NCBI GenBank assembly: GCA_963662335.2
Contig: CAXXVD010000001.1
Coordinates: forward strand, 192,001-256,000
Direction of reading: 5' to 3'
DNA: 64,000 bases
Origin: Chloroflexota bacterium
GTDB taxonomy: Bacteria > Chloroflexota > UBA11872 > VXOZ01
The notes below the pieces were generated by a model. The model saw only the letters and a program-made list of their open reading frames with translations, was not told where the DNA came from and did not search any database. This document shows positions 19,103 to 28,493 of this stretch, piece by piece (position 1 is the first letter of the stretch; every line of letters starts with the position of its first letter). Made by a program: the position numbers and the translations under genes.

Positions 19103-20161
19103 ATGAATGCTATGCGATTGCCGGGAAGACTCTCCACGACTCTCCGCCACTCCGGCGCAAGCCGGAGTCCAGAGGGCGCCGGCAAGCTGGATTCCGGCTT
19201 GCGCCGGAATGACTATGCCGAGATTTCCGCTTTCGCCGGCAGACGCCGGCTTTGCAAGACTATCTCTCGGCTCCCCTGGTTTGCCGGTCTCGCAATACTC
19301 GCGCTGGCGTTGCTGCTGGGCGCATGCGCCACTGACGCGGGAAGTGAGCCGTTGCAGTCCGACGAAATGAGCGCCGCTGCGTCGGCAACCCCGGCGCAAA
19401 CCGAGCAGGCCGCGCCGGCTGCGGCCGACGCCGCCGCAGACACTGGCTCGACCGCGTCTACGGCGGCCACGTCGTTGACCGGCGCGCCGGCAGCGCGCAT
19501 TACAGACATCCGGTTTGGGAAACATGACGACTTCGAGCGCCTGGTGATCGACTTCGCCACGGACGAAGAGTCCGCACGCGCGGTACCGCATTGGCGGATC
19601 GAGAAGGCGGCAGGGGAGGGAGTAGTGCGGATTCATCTCCCCACCACGACAGAGACCGCGTTCACCGATGCGCAACTGGCAGACAAGTTCACGTGGTTCA
19701 CCCATGTTTACGTCGTCCGCGCGCCGGACCGCAGTCTGTTCGTGGACGTATTCATACCCGGCGCCTACCAGTTGCGCGTGCAGGAGTTGCGCAACCCGCT
19801 GCGGTTGGCAATCGACGTGGCGCCCGGCGGCACGGAAACCTACGTGCTCCCGGCCACCACCGAGCACACGGCGCTCATCGCGCCGCGACCCGGCGCAACC
19901 ATCCACGGCACGTTGACGGTGAGCGGCTACTCGCGGCACTTCGAGGGCAACAACGTCATCATACTGCAGGATAGCGAGGGCAATGAGTTAGCCCGCGCCG
20001 TCACCACGGCCACCGACTACATCGAGACGTGGGGCTTTTTCGCTACCCAGCTTACGGTTCCGGCGGCTACGGGCAGCGGGATGTTGCTCGTCGGTGACTT
20101 CGACGCTAAAGATGGGGAGTTCGAAGGCGTGACCATACCGGTGCAGTTTGGCGGTCCATAG
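19103..20161 (+). CDS. Lipoprotein with AMIN-like domain and C-terminal Gmad2 Ig-like domain
   Basis: AGGAGG RBS, LLLGAC lipobox, DIRFGKHDDFERLVIDF...NPLRLAIDV, and PRPGATI..TLTVSG.SRHFEG. The N-terminus contains an in-frame REP doublet. Confidence 0.7.
   Translation: MNAMRLPGRLSTTLRHSGASRSPEGAGKLDSGLRRNDYAEISAFAGRRRLCKTISRLPWFAGLAILALALLLGACATDAGSEPLQSDEMSAAASATPAQTEQAAPAAADAAADTGSTASTAATSLTGAPAARITDIRFGKHDDFERLVIDFATDEESARAVPHWRIEKAAGEGVVRIHLPTTTETAFTDAQLADKFTWFTHVYVVRAPDRSLFVDVFIPGAYQLRVQELRNPLRLAIDVAPGGTETYVLPATTEHTALIAPRPGATIHGTLTVSGYSRHFEGNNVIILQDSEGNELARAVTTATDYIETWGFFATQLTVPAATGSGMLLVGDFDAKDGEFEGVTIPVQFGGP
19146..19213. repeat. REP-like doublet, family A variant, inside a CDS
   Basis: GCCACTCCGGCGCAAGCCGGAGTCCA ... 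TGGATTCCGGCTTGCGCCGGAATGAC. Confidence 0.8.
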
Positions 20162-20200
20162 CCGCGAGCGGCCGCTTGAGTAGACCATTGTTGCACGGGT

Positions 20201-20581
20201 ATGACCGTAGCGCGGGGGCTTGTCCCCCGCTCCGCGTCGCATGGATCCCGGCCTGCGTCGGCTTGACGGTGCTGTCAGCGGAATCGACGGTATTATCGGC
20301 GGGCATGACCGTAGCGCGGGGGCTTGTCCCCCGCTCCGCGTCGCATGGATCCCGGCCTGCGTCGGCTTGACGGTGGTATTAGCGGAATTGACGGTAATAC
20401 CGGCGGGTATAACCGTAGCGCGGGGGCTTGTCCCCCGCTCCGGGTCGCATGGATCCCAGCCTGCGCCGGAATGACGGTGGTATTAGCGGAATTGACGGTA
20501 ATACCGGCGGGCATGACCGTAGCGCGGGGGCTTGTCCCCCGCTCCGGGCCGCATGGATCCCGGCTTGCGCCGGAATGACGG
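20201..20581. repeat. Tandem array of a 104-bp composite REP unit (3 full copies plus 1 partial)
   Basis: Units start at 20201, 20305, 20409 and 20513. Each contains GTAGCGCGGGGGCTTGTCCCCCGC plus a family-A arm. Confidence 0.9.
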
Positions 20582-20663
20582 AAACGCTTGCGGCAACAGC
20601 GGCGGCGGTGCTGTCCGTTCTAACCGGGCGCGTTCAGGATACGTCACACATGAGAGAGGCACC

Positions 20664-21440
20664 ATGAGCGAACATCACTGGTTCGACGACTTGCAGGATG
20701 AGGAGTTTCTAAGCTGGGCGTCCACGTTCGAGGAAGTACAAGAGAGCGGCTGCGACACGGCGCTCTTCTGCATCGGCGCCATCGAGCAGCACTCGTACCA
20801 CATGCCGCTCGGCACCGACTGGCTGCTGGGCCTTGCCGGCAGCCGCCTGCTGGCGCGTGAGTTGGCAAAGCGCGGGCTGATCGTCTACCTCCTGCCGCCG
20901 ATTCCCATCGGCACCTCCAGCGAGTTCCTCAACTACATGGGCACGCTCAGCTTCAAGCCCGCCACCGTAGCCGCCATCCTGGAAGACATCGCGGCCTGCC
21001 TCAAGCGCCAGGGGTTCAAGCGCATGATCGTCACCAGTTCCCACGGCGGCAACTGGATTCTCAAGCCTACCATCCGCGAACTCAATATGTGGGACCCGGA
21101 CTTCCTGGTGATGTGGGGCGCGCCCGTGGGCGCGGGCGGCTCGGGCCCAGGCAAGGACCGGCACTCCGGCGAGAGCGAGACCTCGCGCCTCATGTACGCC
21201 TATCCCGAACTGATGCGCACCGAGAAGGTGGTGGACTCTTCCCCCGATCTGGGCTCCGAGTTCGTGGACATGATCCCCACGGAATACTATACGCCGAGCG
21301 GCGTGTGGGGCTTTCCCACCAAGGCGGACCGTGACGCCGGCGAAGAGCGCACAAAGCAGGGCGTGGAACGCCAGGCCGGCTACATCATGGAGACCATCGA
21401 GAAGCTGGACGACATGCGGCGCGAGCGCGAGCAGGAGTAG
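20664..21440 (+). CDS. Creatininase family protein
   Basis: GAIEQHSYHMPLGTD, GTLS, SHGGN, HSGESETS, SGVWG. Confidence 0.9.
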   Translation: MSEHHWFDDLQDEEFLSWASTFEEVQESGCDTALFCIGAIEQHSYHMPLGTDWLLGLAGSRLLARELAKRGLIVYLLPPIPIGTSSEFLNYMGTLSFKPATVAAILEDIAACLKRQGFKRMIVTSSHGGNWILKPTIRELNMWDPDFLVMWGAPVGAGGSGPGKDRHSGESETSRLMYAYPELMRTEKVVDSSPDLGSEFVDMIPTEYYTPSGVWGFPTKADRDAGEERTKQGVERQAGYIMETIEKLDDMRREREQE

Positions 21441-21473
21441 CCGCCAGGCTTGCGCCGACCCGCGGTTAGCAAG

Positions 21474-21503
21474 TTGACAACCAGGCATACTTTGCGCTAT
21501 ACT
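21474..21503 (+). promoter_or_regulatory. Sigma70-type promoter for the galU-like gene
   Basis: TTGACA-18 nt-TATACT, about 40 nt upstream of the ATG. Confidence 0.65.
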
Positions 21504-21543
21504 ACATTGGCAGCGTATCTCCTCTCACGGAGCACCCTCTCCC

Positions 21544-22434
21544 ATGGCGCAGCCCTCCCATGTTTCCAAGGCCGTCATTCTCGTTGCCGGTCTCGGCACC
21601 CGCTTGCTCCCGGCCACCAAGTCCCAGCCCAAGGAGATGCTGCCCGTCGGCCGCAAGCCGGTGGTGCAGTACGTCGCGGAGGAAATGGAACAAGCCGGCA
21701 TCAACCAGATTCTCTTCGTTACCGGCCGCAAGAAGAGTTCCATCGAAGACCACTTCGACCGTGATCCCGATCTGGAAGAGCGCTTGGCGGACGGCGACGA
21801 TTTGTCGCTGGGGGAGAAACTGCCAAACTTCGATACCGTGCTCCACGTTTTCTACACGCGCCAGAGCGTGCAAGCCGGACAGGCCGACGCCGTGCGCCTC
21901 GCCCGCGAGTTCGTGGGGGACGATCCTTTCGTGGTGGCCTTTGGCGATACCATCATCAAAGGCGGCAATCTGCTCAAGCGCATGATCGACAGCCACGCGC
22001 AGAGTGGCGCGGCGTGCACGGTAGCCGTGGAACAGGTGCCGCCGGAAGATGCCCATCGCTACGGCGTCGTGATGCCCAAAGACGGTCTTGAAAGCGAATT
22101 CCCTATCCAGGGCATTGTAGAAAAACCGCCGCGCGGCGCCGAGCCAAGCAACTTCGCCGTGGTGCCGCGCTACGTGATGAACCGCGAGATCTTCGAGGCG
22201 ATCCGGCTCACCTTGCCCGGCAAGGGCAACGAACTCTGGCTGGCCGACTCCATCGAAGTGCTCATCAAACAGCAGCAACCGGTGCAGTGCGTTGCCCTGG
22301 CCCCGGACGAGACGCGCTACGACATCGGCAACTTCGAGACGTACTTCAAGGCGTTCATCGACTTCGCGCTCTCTGACGAAAAGTACGGCTACCTGGTGCG
22401 CCAACACCTGCGGCGCAAGGCGGCAGCGCTTTAG
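21544..22434 (+). CDS. galU: UTP:sugar-1-phosphate uridylyltransferase (GalU-like)
   Basis: KAVILVAGLGTRLLPATKSQPKEMLPV, IEDHFD, GD, RYGVV, VEKP, RYDIG. Confidence 0.85.
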   Translation: MAQPSHVSKAVILVAGLGTRLLPATKSQPKEMLPVGRKPVVQYVAEEMEQAGINQILFVTGRKKSSIEDHFDRDPDLEERLADGDDLSLGEKLPNFDTVLHVFYTRQSVQAGQADAVRLAREFVGDDPFVVAFGDTIIKGGNLLKRMIDSHAQSGAACTVAVEQVPPEDAHRYGVVMPKDGLESEFPIQGIVEKPPRGAEPSNFAVVPRYVMNREIFEAIRLTLPGKGNELWLADSIEVLIKQQQPVQCVALAPDETRYDIGNFETYFKAFIDFALSDEKYGYLVRQHLRRKAAAL

Positions 22435-22573
22435 TTGCGATAGGAACCCCTTGCGCCAAGCGGTCAAGCGGGCACAATAAATCCCCCTCTCCCCCAGGGA
22501 GAGGGGAGAAAGCAGACTGGTCTCAATGGCCGTCTGCCGGCCGCTTACAAAAGTGAACACTGGCGTCCTGTTC

Positions 22574-22643
22574 GTCATTCCCGCGCACGCGGGAATCCAC
22601 CGACTGCGCGGCAAAGATGGATTCCCGCGTGCGCGGGAATGAC
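22574..22643. repeat. REP-like doublet, family A
   Basis: GTCATTCCCGCGCACGCGGGAATCC ... GGATTCCCGCGTGCGCGGGAATGAC; 70 bp. Confidence 0.9.
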
Positions 22644-22675
22644 GAAGGCCGCGGCGCTATTGGCAAGGTAAGGCG

Positions 22676-23746
22676 ATGAGTTCGGCGATGGCAGAACCAG
22701 ACACCGCACCGGCGACCAAAGTCGCTTCCGCGCCGGGCCGTTGCGGCATCATCGGCAACCCGACCGACATGTACGGCGGCAGCGTGCTCTCGTGCACCAT
22801 CCCCCAGCGCGGCTACGTTTCCATTCGCCCCGCGGACCGGCTTATCCTCGAATCCGATCAAGGCACGCTCACCGTCCGCGCCCGCGACGACTTGCGCCAG
22901 CGCGGCGACCACTTCGACGTGCTCCGCGCCGTCATTTCCCAGCAGCAGTGCCTGGGCATGAAGGCGCACTTTACGTGCTGGAGCGACGTGCCGGTCGGCT
23001 CCGGCCTCTCAAGCTCTTCTTCATTGGTAGTTGCCGCCCTCTATGCCCTCACCCACTATCAGGGACGCGCCCTGGGCAAGTACTACTTCGCGGAGACGGC
23101 CCGCGCCATCGAACTCAACGACATGGGCGTTGTCTGCGGCTACCAGGACTTCTATATGCCCACGTTTGGCGGCCTCAACTACCTGGACTTCCGCGACAAG
23201 GAGTTTTACCGCGAGGTGCACAGCGAACCGTACGCCACTGTTGAGCCGCTCACCGCTCTGGCGCCGGATTTGCCGTTCGTGTTGGCGCATACCGGCGTCG
23301 AACACCGCGCGGGCGTCGTCCACAAGCCGATCCGCGAACGCTGGCTGGAAGGCGAGCGCGTGGTGGTGCAAGCATACGAAAACATCGCGCGCCTGGCGCG
23401 GGAGGGCAAGAAATCTCTACTGGAGCAAGACTGGACGCGCCTGGGCAAACTGATGAATGAGAATCACGCCATCCAGCGAGATCTCGGTGGCTCCGGCGCG
23501 GCTAACGAGCGCCTCATTCAAGCCGCCCTGGACAACGGCGCGCTGGGTGCAAAACTGGCCGGCGCCGGTGACGGCGGCACCATTATCGCGCTGCACCCGG
23601 AACCGGAACATCTCGGCAACTTGCTCAGTGAAGCCGGCGCCGCGCGCATCCTGCGCCTACAGCCCGTAGAAGGCGTCCGCCTCGAAGTCGTTGCGCAAGG
23701 TGACGAATCCCATGCCATCGGTTCGATTAGGGAGCGCGCCAAATAG
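22676..23746 (+). CDS. GHMP-family sugar kinase, glucuronokinase-like
   Basis: SAPGR.GIIGNPTD, VPVGSGLSSSS ATP loop, GYQD, FGGL, VHKPIRERWLEG, GAKLAGAGDGG. Confidence 0.8.
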   Translation: MSSAMAEPDTAPATKVASAPGRCGIIGNPTDMYGGSVLSCTIPQRGYVSIRPADRLILESDQGTLTVRARDDLRQRGDHFDVLRAVISQQQCLGMKAHFTCWSDVPVGSGLSSSSSLVVAALYALTHYQGRALGKYYFAETARAIELNDMGVVCGYQDFYMPTFGGLNYLDFRDKEFYREVHSEPYATVEPLTALAPDLPFVLAHTGVEHRAGVVHKPIRERWLEGERVVVQAYENIARLAREGKKSLLEQDWTRLGKLMNENHAIQRDLGGSGAANERLIQAALDNGALGAKLAGAGDGGTIIALHPEPEHLGNLLSEAGAARILRLQPVEGVRLEVVAQGDESHAIGSIRERAK

Positions 23747-23798
23747 AGACGGTCTTTAACGGCCTATGTCTGGCCGGCGGGGCTGAAAGGAGATTGCA

Positions 23799-24188
23799 AT
23801 GGCTACCAAGAGTGCGTTCATCAGCTTCGACTACGACCATGATAACGACCTACGGTGCAACCTCGTAGCGCAGGCCAAGAAACCTGATTCGCCATTCAGC
23901 ATCACGGACTGGTCTGTGAAGGAACCATTTGACGAAAAGTGGCGGGAGAAGGTGCGAGACATCATTGAGAGAACTGACCTTACCATTGTAATCTGTGGGG
24001 AGCATACGCACCAAGCCAAGGGCGTGGAAGCGGAAGTGACGATGGCGCAGCAGGCAGGAAAACCGTACTTCTTGCTTAAAGGCCGCAGGAACAAGACATG
24101 CGCGCGCCCAAAGTCAGCCCCTAAAAAGATGAAAATCCACCCCTGGACATGGCCCACCTTGAAAGAGCTTATTGCTAATCCGAAGTAG
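23799..24188 (+). CDS. TIR-domain protein (MTH538/DUF1863, ThsB-like)
   Basis: AFISFDYDHD, DWSVKEP, TIVICG..T, GVEAEV (putative catalytic Glu), GKPYFLL; AAAGGAG RBS. Confidence 0.85.
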   Translation: MATKSAFISFDYDHDNDLRCNLVAQAKKPDSPFSITDWSVKEPFDEKWREKVRDIIERTDLTIVICGEHTHQAKGVEAEVTMAQQAGKPYFLLKGRRNKTCARPKSAPKKMKIHPWTWPTLKELIANPK

Positions 24189-24191
24189 GTT

Positions 24192-24704
24192 ATGGATAAG
24201 CAAGCGCGAGAATCCGTAGTGCACCAGTGTGAGGAAACCTACGGCGGTTCTTTCCATGTGGATCTTCTTGATCAGTACAAAGTCTACGTACAGTCCGCCG
24301 AGCAAGTCAGCGCCCGTCGTGTCGCGGCAAACCGCTTTATGCTAACCATCAACGCCGCGCTGGTTGCGCTGTACGGGCTACAATCCGCCAGTTTTGGCCA
24401 GGGCTACTGGACGCTGCTCATTCCGGTTATAGGGATCCCTGTATCTGTGCTGTGGTACCTGATCATCAAGTCACACGCTGATCTGAATCGCATCAAGTTT
24501 GATGTGATTCACGAACTTGAGCAACATTTGCCAGCAGCGATGTACAGGTATGAGTGGACGATGGCTGAAGAAGGGCAGGGCAAGACCTACCGCGCGGTGA
24601 CCAACCTAGAACGATGCGTACCTATCCTGTTTGCCGTACTGCATATTGCCCTAGGAGTTGTAATGGTCCTGGCAATCGTCGGCGTAATGAATTGGACAGA
24701 ATAA
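24192..24704 (+). CDS. Small 3-TM membrane protein, putative effector of the TIR protein
   Basis: QYKVYVQSAEQVSARRVAANRFML N-terminal helix, three hydrophobic segments, LNRIKFDVIHELEQHLP..Y..EW. Starts 3 nt after the TIR stop. Confidence 0.75.
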   Translation: MDKQARESVVHQCEETYGGSFHVDLLDQYKVYVQSAEQVSARRVAANRFMLTINAALVALYGLQSASFGQGYWTLLIPVIGIPVSVLWYLIIKSHADLNRIKFDVIHELEQHLPAAMYRYEWTMAEEGQGKTYRAVTNLERCVPILFAVLHIALGVVMVLAIVGVMNWTE

Positions 24705-24724
24705 CCACCGCATTAGGAAAATAG

Positions 24725-24976
<252 letters not shown>

Positions 24977-24985
24977 ACATTCACT

Positions 24986-25123
24986 ATGCGATTCAAGCTA
25001 GACGAAAACCTGCCGCTCCAGCTAGAGCGTCTGTTTACGGAAGCCGGCCACGATGCGGTCACAGTCCTCGACGAGGGGCTTGGCGGCGCGGCAGGAAAGC
25101 GCAAGACCCGTCTATTCACATAG
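24986..25123 (+). pseudogene. DUF5615 PIN-like toxin, N-terminal fragment
   Basis: My translation: MRFKLDENLPLQLERLFTEAGHDAVTVLDEGLGGAA, then unrelated GKRKTRLFT*. Only 45 aa. Confidence 0.75.
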
Positions 25124-25130
25124 ACGGGTC
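25105..25130 (-). terminator. Probable rpoD terminator hairpin
   Basis: GACCCGTCTA-ttcaca-TAGACGGGTC, a perfect 10-bp stem downstream of rpoD. Confidence 0.6.
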
Positions 25131-25246
25131 ATCCGGTTCTAAGATTAGCTCTGTTGCCGACCCGCGCTGAGTTCTGGCGAGAGCCGGAATTTCGGCAATC
25201 TCAGCCACTAGCAGCAACCGACTGCTGACAGCTTAGCTGGAGGTCT

Positions 25247-26551
25247 TTACAGGTCCAGGTAATCCTTCAGCTTCTGGCTCCGCGCCGGGTGGCGCAGTTT
25301 GCGCAGGGCTTTCGCCTCGATCTGGCGGATGCGCTCGCGGGTAACGCTGAACTCGCGGCCAACCTCTTCCAGGGTGCGGGTGCGGCCGTCCTCCAGCCCG
25401 AAGCGCAGGCGCAGCACCTTGCGCTCCCGGTCGGAGAGCGAGTTGAGCACCGCTTCCACCTGTTCCCGCAGCATTTGGTAGGAGGCCGCGTCTGCCGGCG
25501 ACATGGTGGACTCGTCCGGGATGAACTCGCCCAAGTGGCTGTCTTCCTCTTCGCCAATGGGCGTCTCCAGGCTCACCGGCTCCTGCGAGACCTTGATGAT
25601 TTCGCGCACCTTGAACTCCGGGATGTCCATCTCGGTCCCGATTTCCTCGGAGGTCGGCTCGCGGCCCTTCTCCTGCACGAGTCGCCGCGAGATGCGCACC
25701 AGCTTGTTGATCGTCTCCACCATGTGCACGGGAATGCGGATCGTGCGCGCCTGGTCGGCAATGGAGCGCGTGATCGCCTGCCGGATCCACCAGGTGGCGT
25801 AGGTGCTGAACTTGAAGCCCTTGCCGTAGTCGAATTTCTCAACCGCGCGGATGAGGCCGATGTTGCCCTCTTGAATGAGGTCCAGCAGCGACATGCCGCG
25901 TCCCACGTACTTCTTGGCCATGCTCACCACCAGGCGCAGGTTCGCCTCGGTCAGGCGCTTGCGCGCCTCGATGCCGATCTTGATCGTGCGTTCCAGCCGC
26001 CGGATGTCGTCCAGGCTCATGCCCTCGCGGTTCTCAAGCTCTTCCTCGGCAAAGAGCCTCTTCTCCATCTGCTTGGCGAGCATGACCTCCTGCGCGGCGG
26101 TAAGCAGCGGCACGCGCCCAATCTCGCGCAAGTAGGTGCGCACCGGGTCGTCCAACGTGCCCGTGTCCTCTTCTCCACCCTTCGCGGCCTTCAGCGCGGC
26201 CCGCTCCAGCGCCACCATTTCGGGAACGCTCGGCGTGGCGCGATCTTCCTCATCTTCTTCCTCGCTGTCAACCTCATTGGCCGGCAGGACGTTGAGCCCG
26301 AGATCGGCAAACACCGAGAAGAGTTCCTCGGCTTCGTCGCTGCCCGCCTCGATGTCCGGAAAGGCCTCCAGCAACTCCTCCTGCGTCAGGTGGCCGCGCC
26401 GCTTGCCGCGGTTTACCAGCTTGCGAATGTCCTCTTCGGTAATCTCAAGCTCCGGCGCTTCGGCCTCGGCAGCCGTTGCCGCCCCGGCCTGAGGCGCTTT
26501 CTTTTCCGCGGCGGTCTGGACGGCGGTGGTAGTCTTCTGCGCAGCCATCAC
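25247..26551 (-). CDS. rpoD: RNA polymerase primary sigma factor
   Basis: [69 protein letters not shown]. Confidence 0.97.
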   Translation of the reverse strand: MMAAQKTTTAVQTAAEKKAPQAGAATAAEAEAPELEITEEDIRKLVNRGKRRGHLTQEELLEAFPDIEAGSDEAEELFSVFADLGLNVLPANEVDSEEEDEEDRATPSVPEMVALERAALKAAKGGEEDTGTLDDPVRTYLREIGRVPLLTAAQEVMLAKQMEKRLFAEEELENREGMSLDDIRRLERTIKIGIEARKRLTEANLRLVVSMAKKYVGRGMSLLDLIQEGNIGLIRAVEKFDYGKGFKFSTYATWWIRQAITRSIADQARTIRIPVHMVETINKLVRISRRLVQEKGREPTSEEIGTEMDIPEFKVREIIKVSQEPVSLETPIGEEEDSHLGEFIPDESTMSPADAASYQMLREQVEAVLNSLSDRERKVLRLRFGLEDGRTRTLEEVGREFSVTRERIRQIEAKALRKLRHPARSQKLKDYLDL

Positions 26552-26627
26552 TCCTCCTTCACAGGTTTACCCGTGCACTCTGTGCTGGCGCCATACTGCC
26601 TATTCATCATCTTGCCGCAGCTCACAG

Positions 26628-28493
26628 TCATGAGGTGCGGATGAAACTCGTCTGCTTCAGCGCGCGGTTGAGCTGGCGCAATTGCTCACCGACTCTGCGG
26701 ATTTCCTGTCGGACCTGCGCGCCAAGCGGCTTGCTGTCGTCCGCCCGTTCGCTTGCCAAGAGGAGTTGCAGGTCTTCGTACTCCTCCTGCACGTTGCGGC
26801 GCTTCAACCGCAAGGCCGCGGCCACCACGGTTGGGCGCAGGTGTTCGTCATCGATAGCCGGTTCCTGGCTCTTCTCCCGGCGCAACCGCTCGAGAAGCGG
26901 CTCCACGCCCACTGCCTCCGACTCCTCTGCTGTCGCGGCGCCGTTTTCGTTCCCTGTCAGCACGTGCTCATACGCCGCTCTATGGAGCGGATGACGAAAG
27001 TCCACGGCGTCGATTACGTCAGCCGCGAACCCGCTCGCCCGCGGGTGCGTGATGAGCAGTCCCAGCAGATACCGTTCGAGCGCATCCGCCGGCTGCTCCT
27101 GTCCGTTCTGGGGCGCTTGCTCCTGGCCGGTTTGGCGCTGGGCCGCGGGCGCTTGCCGCGCCGGCCGCCGCGCGTGCAGGAGGTTCATCAGCACTTCGCT
27201 CTGGATGCCCAGGTCCAGCGCCTGCGCCAGCCGCTTCAGATAGTGCTGCCGCGTCACGGGATCGCCGACGTCGGTGATAAGCGGGCCCAATGCCTGGACG
27301 GCGGCGCGCTTGCCGCGGGCGCTGCTGAGGTCGTGCTCGCGGGCAGCGGCGCGGAACGCATAGTCTACGAAAGGCTCCGCGCGCTCGATGCGCCTCTGCC
27401 ACGCGCCGGAGTCCTCGCGCAGAAGGTCGTCCGGGTCTTTGCCCTCGGGCAGCACGGCGATGCGGATGTCCGCTTCCAGCGTACTCTCCAAGCGCATGAT
27501 GTCGCCCACGGACACCTGGGTTTCCACCCGGTCGAACGCCCGGCGGGCTACTTCCAGTCCCCGCAGGGTGGCGGCGTTGCCGGCGGCGTCGGGGTCGAGG
27601 GCCAACACCAGATTCGTTGTCAAACTCTTGACCGCCTTGACGTGCTTCTCCGTGAGCGCCGTGCCCATGCTGGCGACCACGTTGGCCTCGCCATGCTGGT
27701 GCGCCATGATTACGTCCGTGTAGCCCTCCACGATGACGCACTGCTTGCGCTCGCGAATTGGCTGCTGGGCAAGATCCAGGCCGTAGAGCAGTCCGCTCTT
27801 GTCGAAGAGCGGGGTCTGCGCCGTGTTGAGGTATTTCGGCTGAATCTCGGCGCTCAGCGTACGCGCGCCAAAGCCGCGATACCGGCCCCGCGCGTCACGA
27901 ATGGGAAACATGATGCGCCCGCGAAACCGTTCGTACGGCTCACGGTCGCCCTGTGTGAGCAAGCCGGCCGCCAGCAGGTCTTCCGGCGCGAAGCCCAATT
28001 GGACCAGATGCGCGCGGACCGGGCCATAGCGGTTTGGCGCATACCCCAGCATGAAGCGGTCGATGCTTGCTTGTTCGATGCCGCGTTCCGCCAGGTACTG
28101 CCGCGCCCGCGCCGCCTCAGCGGATTCGCCTAACAGACGGTGGTAGAACTGCGCCGCCTCTTGATTGATCTGGGCGAGCAAGCGATAGCGGCTCTGCTGG
28201 CGCTCTGCCTGCGGCGAGAGGACGATGCCGGCCTCCCGCGCCAGCGATTCCACCGCCTGCACGAACGGGGCCTGTTCCCGCTCCATGACGAAAGAGATCA
28301 CGTCGCCGCCGCGCCCGCAGCCAAAGCAGCGCCACGTGCCCCGCTCCGGAAAGACGAAGAACGAGGGCGTCTTCTCTTCGTGAAACGGGCACAGTCCCTT
28401 GAGGTAACGGCCGCTCTGCTGCAGCCGCACCGCCGCTTGCACCACGTCCACCACGGAGACGCGGGCCTTTACGTCCTCAACCGGCAAGGGCAT
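26628..28493 (-). CDS. dnaG: DNA primase
   Basis: CPFHEEKTPSF...CFGC Zn finger, RIMFPI, KYLN, VEGYTDV, DPDAAG, KDPD; upstream of rpoD. Confidence 0.96.
   Translation of the reverse strand: MPLPVEDVKARVSVVDVVQAAVRLQQSGRYLKGLCPFHEEKTPSFFVFPERGTWRCFGCGRGGDVISFVMEREQAPFVQAVESLAREAGIVLSPQAERQQSRYRLLAQINQEAAQFYHRLLGESAEAARARQYLAERGIEQASIDRFMLGYAPNRYGPVRAHLVQLGFAPEDLLAAGLLTQGDREPYERFRGRIMFPIRDARGRYRGFGARTLSAEIQPKYLNTAQTPLFDKSGLLYGLDLAQQPIRERKQCVIVEGYTDVIMAHQHGEANVVASMGTALTEKHVKAVKSLTTNLVLALDPDAAGNAATLRGLEVARRAFDRVETQVSVGDIMRLESTLEADIRIAVLPEGKDPDDLLREDSGAWQRRIERAEPFVDYAFRAAAREHDLSSARGKRAAVQALGPLITDVGDPVTRQHYLKRLAQALDLGIQSEVLMNLLHARRPARQAPAAQRQTGQEQAPQNGQEQPADALERYLLGLLITHPRASGFAADVIDAVDFRHPLHRAAYEHVLTGNENGAATAEESEAVGVEPLLERLRREKSQEPAIDDEHLRPTVVAAALRLKRRNVQEEYEDLQLLLASERADDSKPLGAQVRQEIRRVGEQLRQLNRALKQTSFIRTS

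Noticed and set aside
20201-20581. Possible CRISPR array
   Set aside because: The inter-repeat sequences are near-identical rather than unique spacers, the period is 104 bp, the repeat is dispersed elsewhere as a REP, and there are no cas genes.
20176-20667. Several short similar ORFs (VARGLVPR, MDPGLRR)
   Set aside because: They are translations of the 104-bp repeat in shifting frames, with no evidence of coding function.
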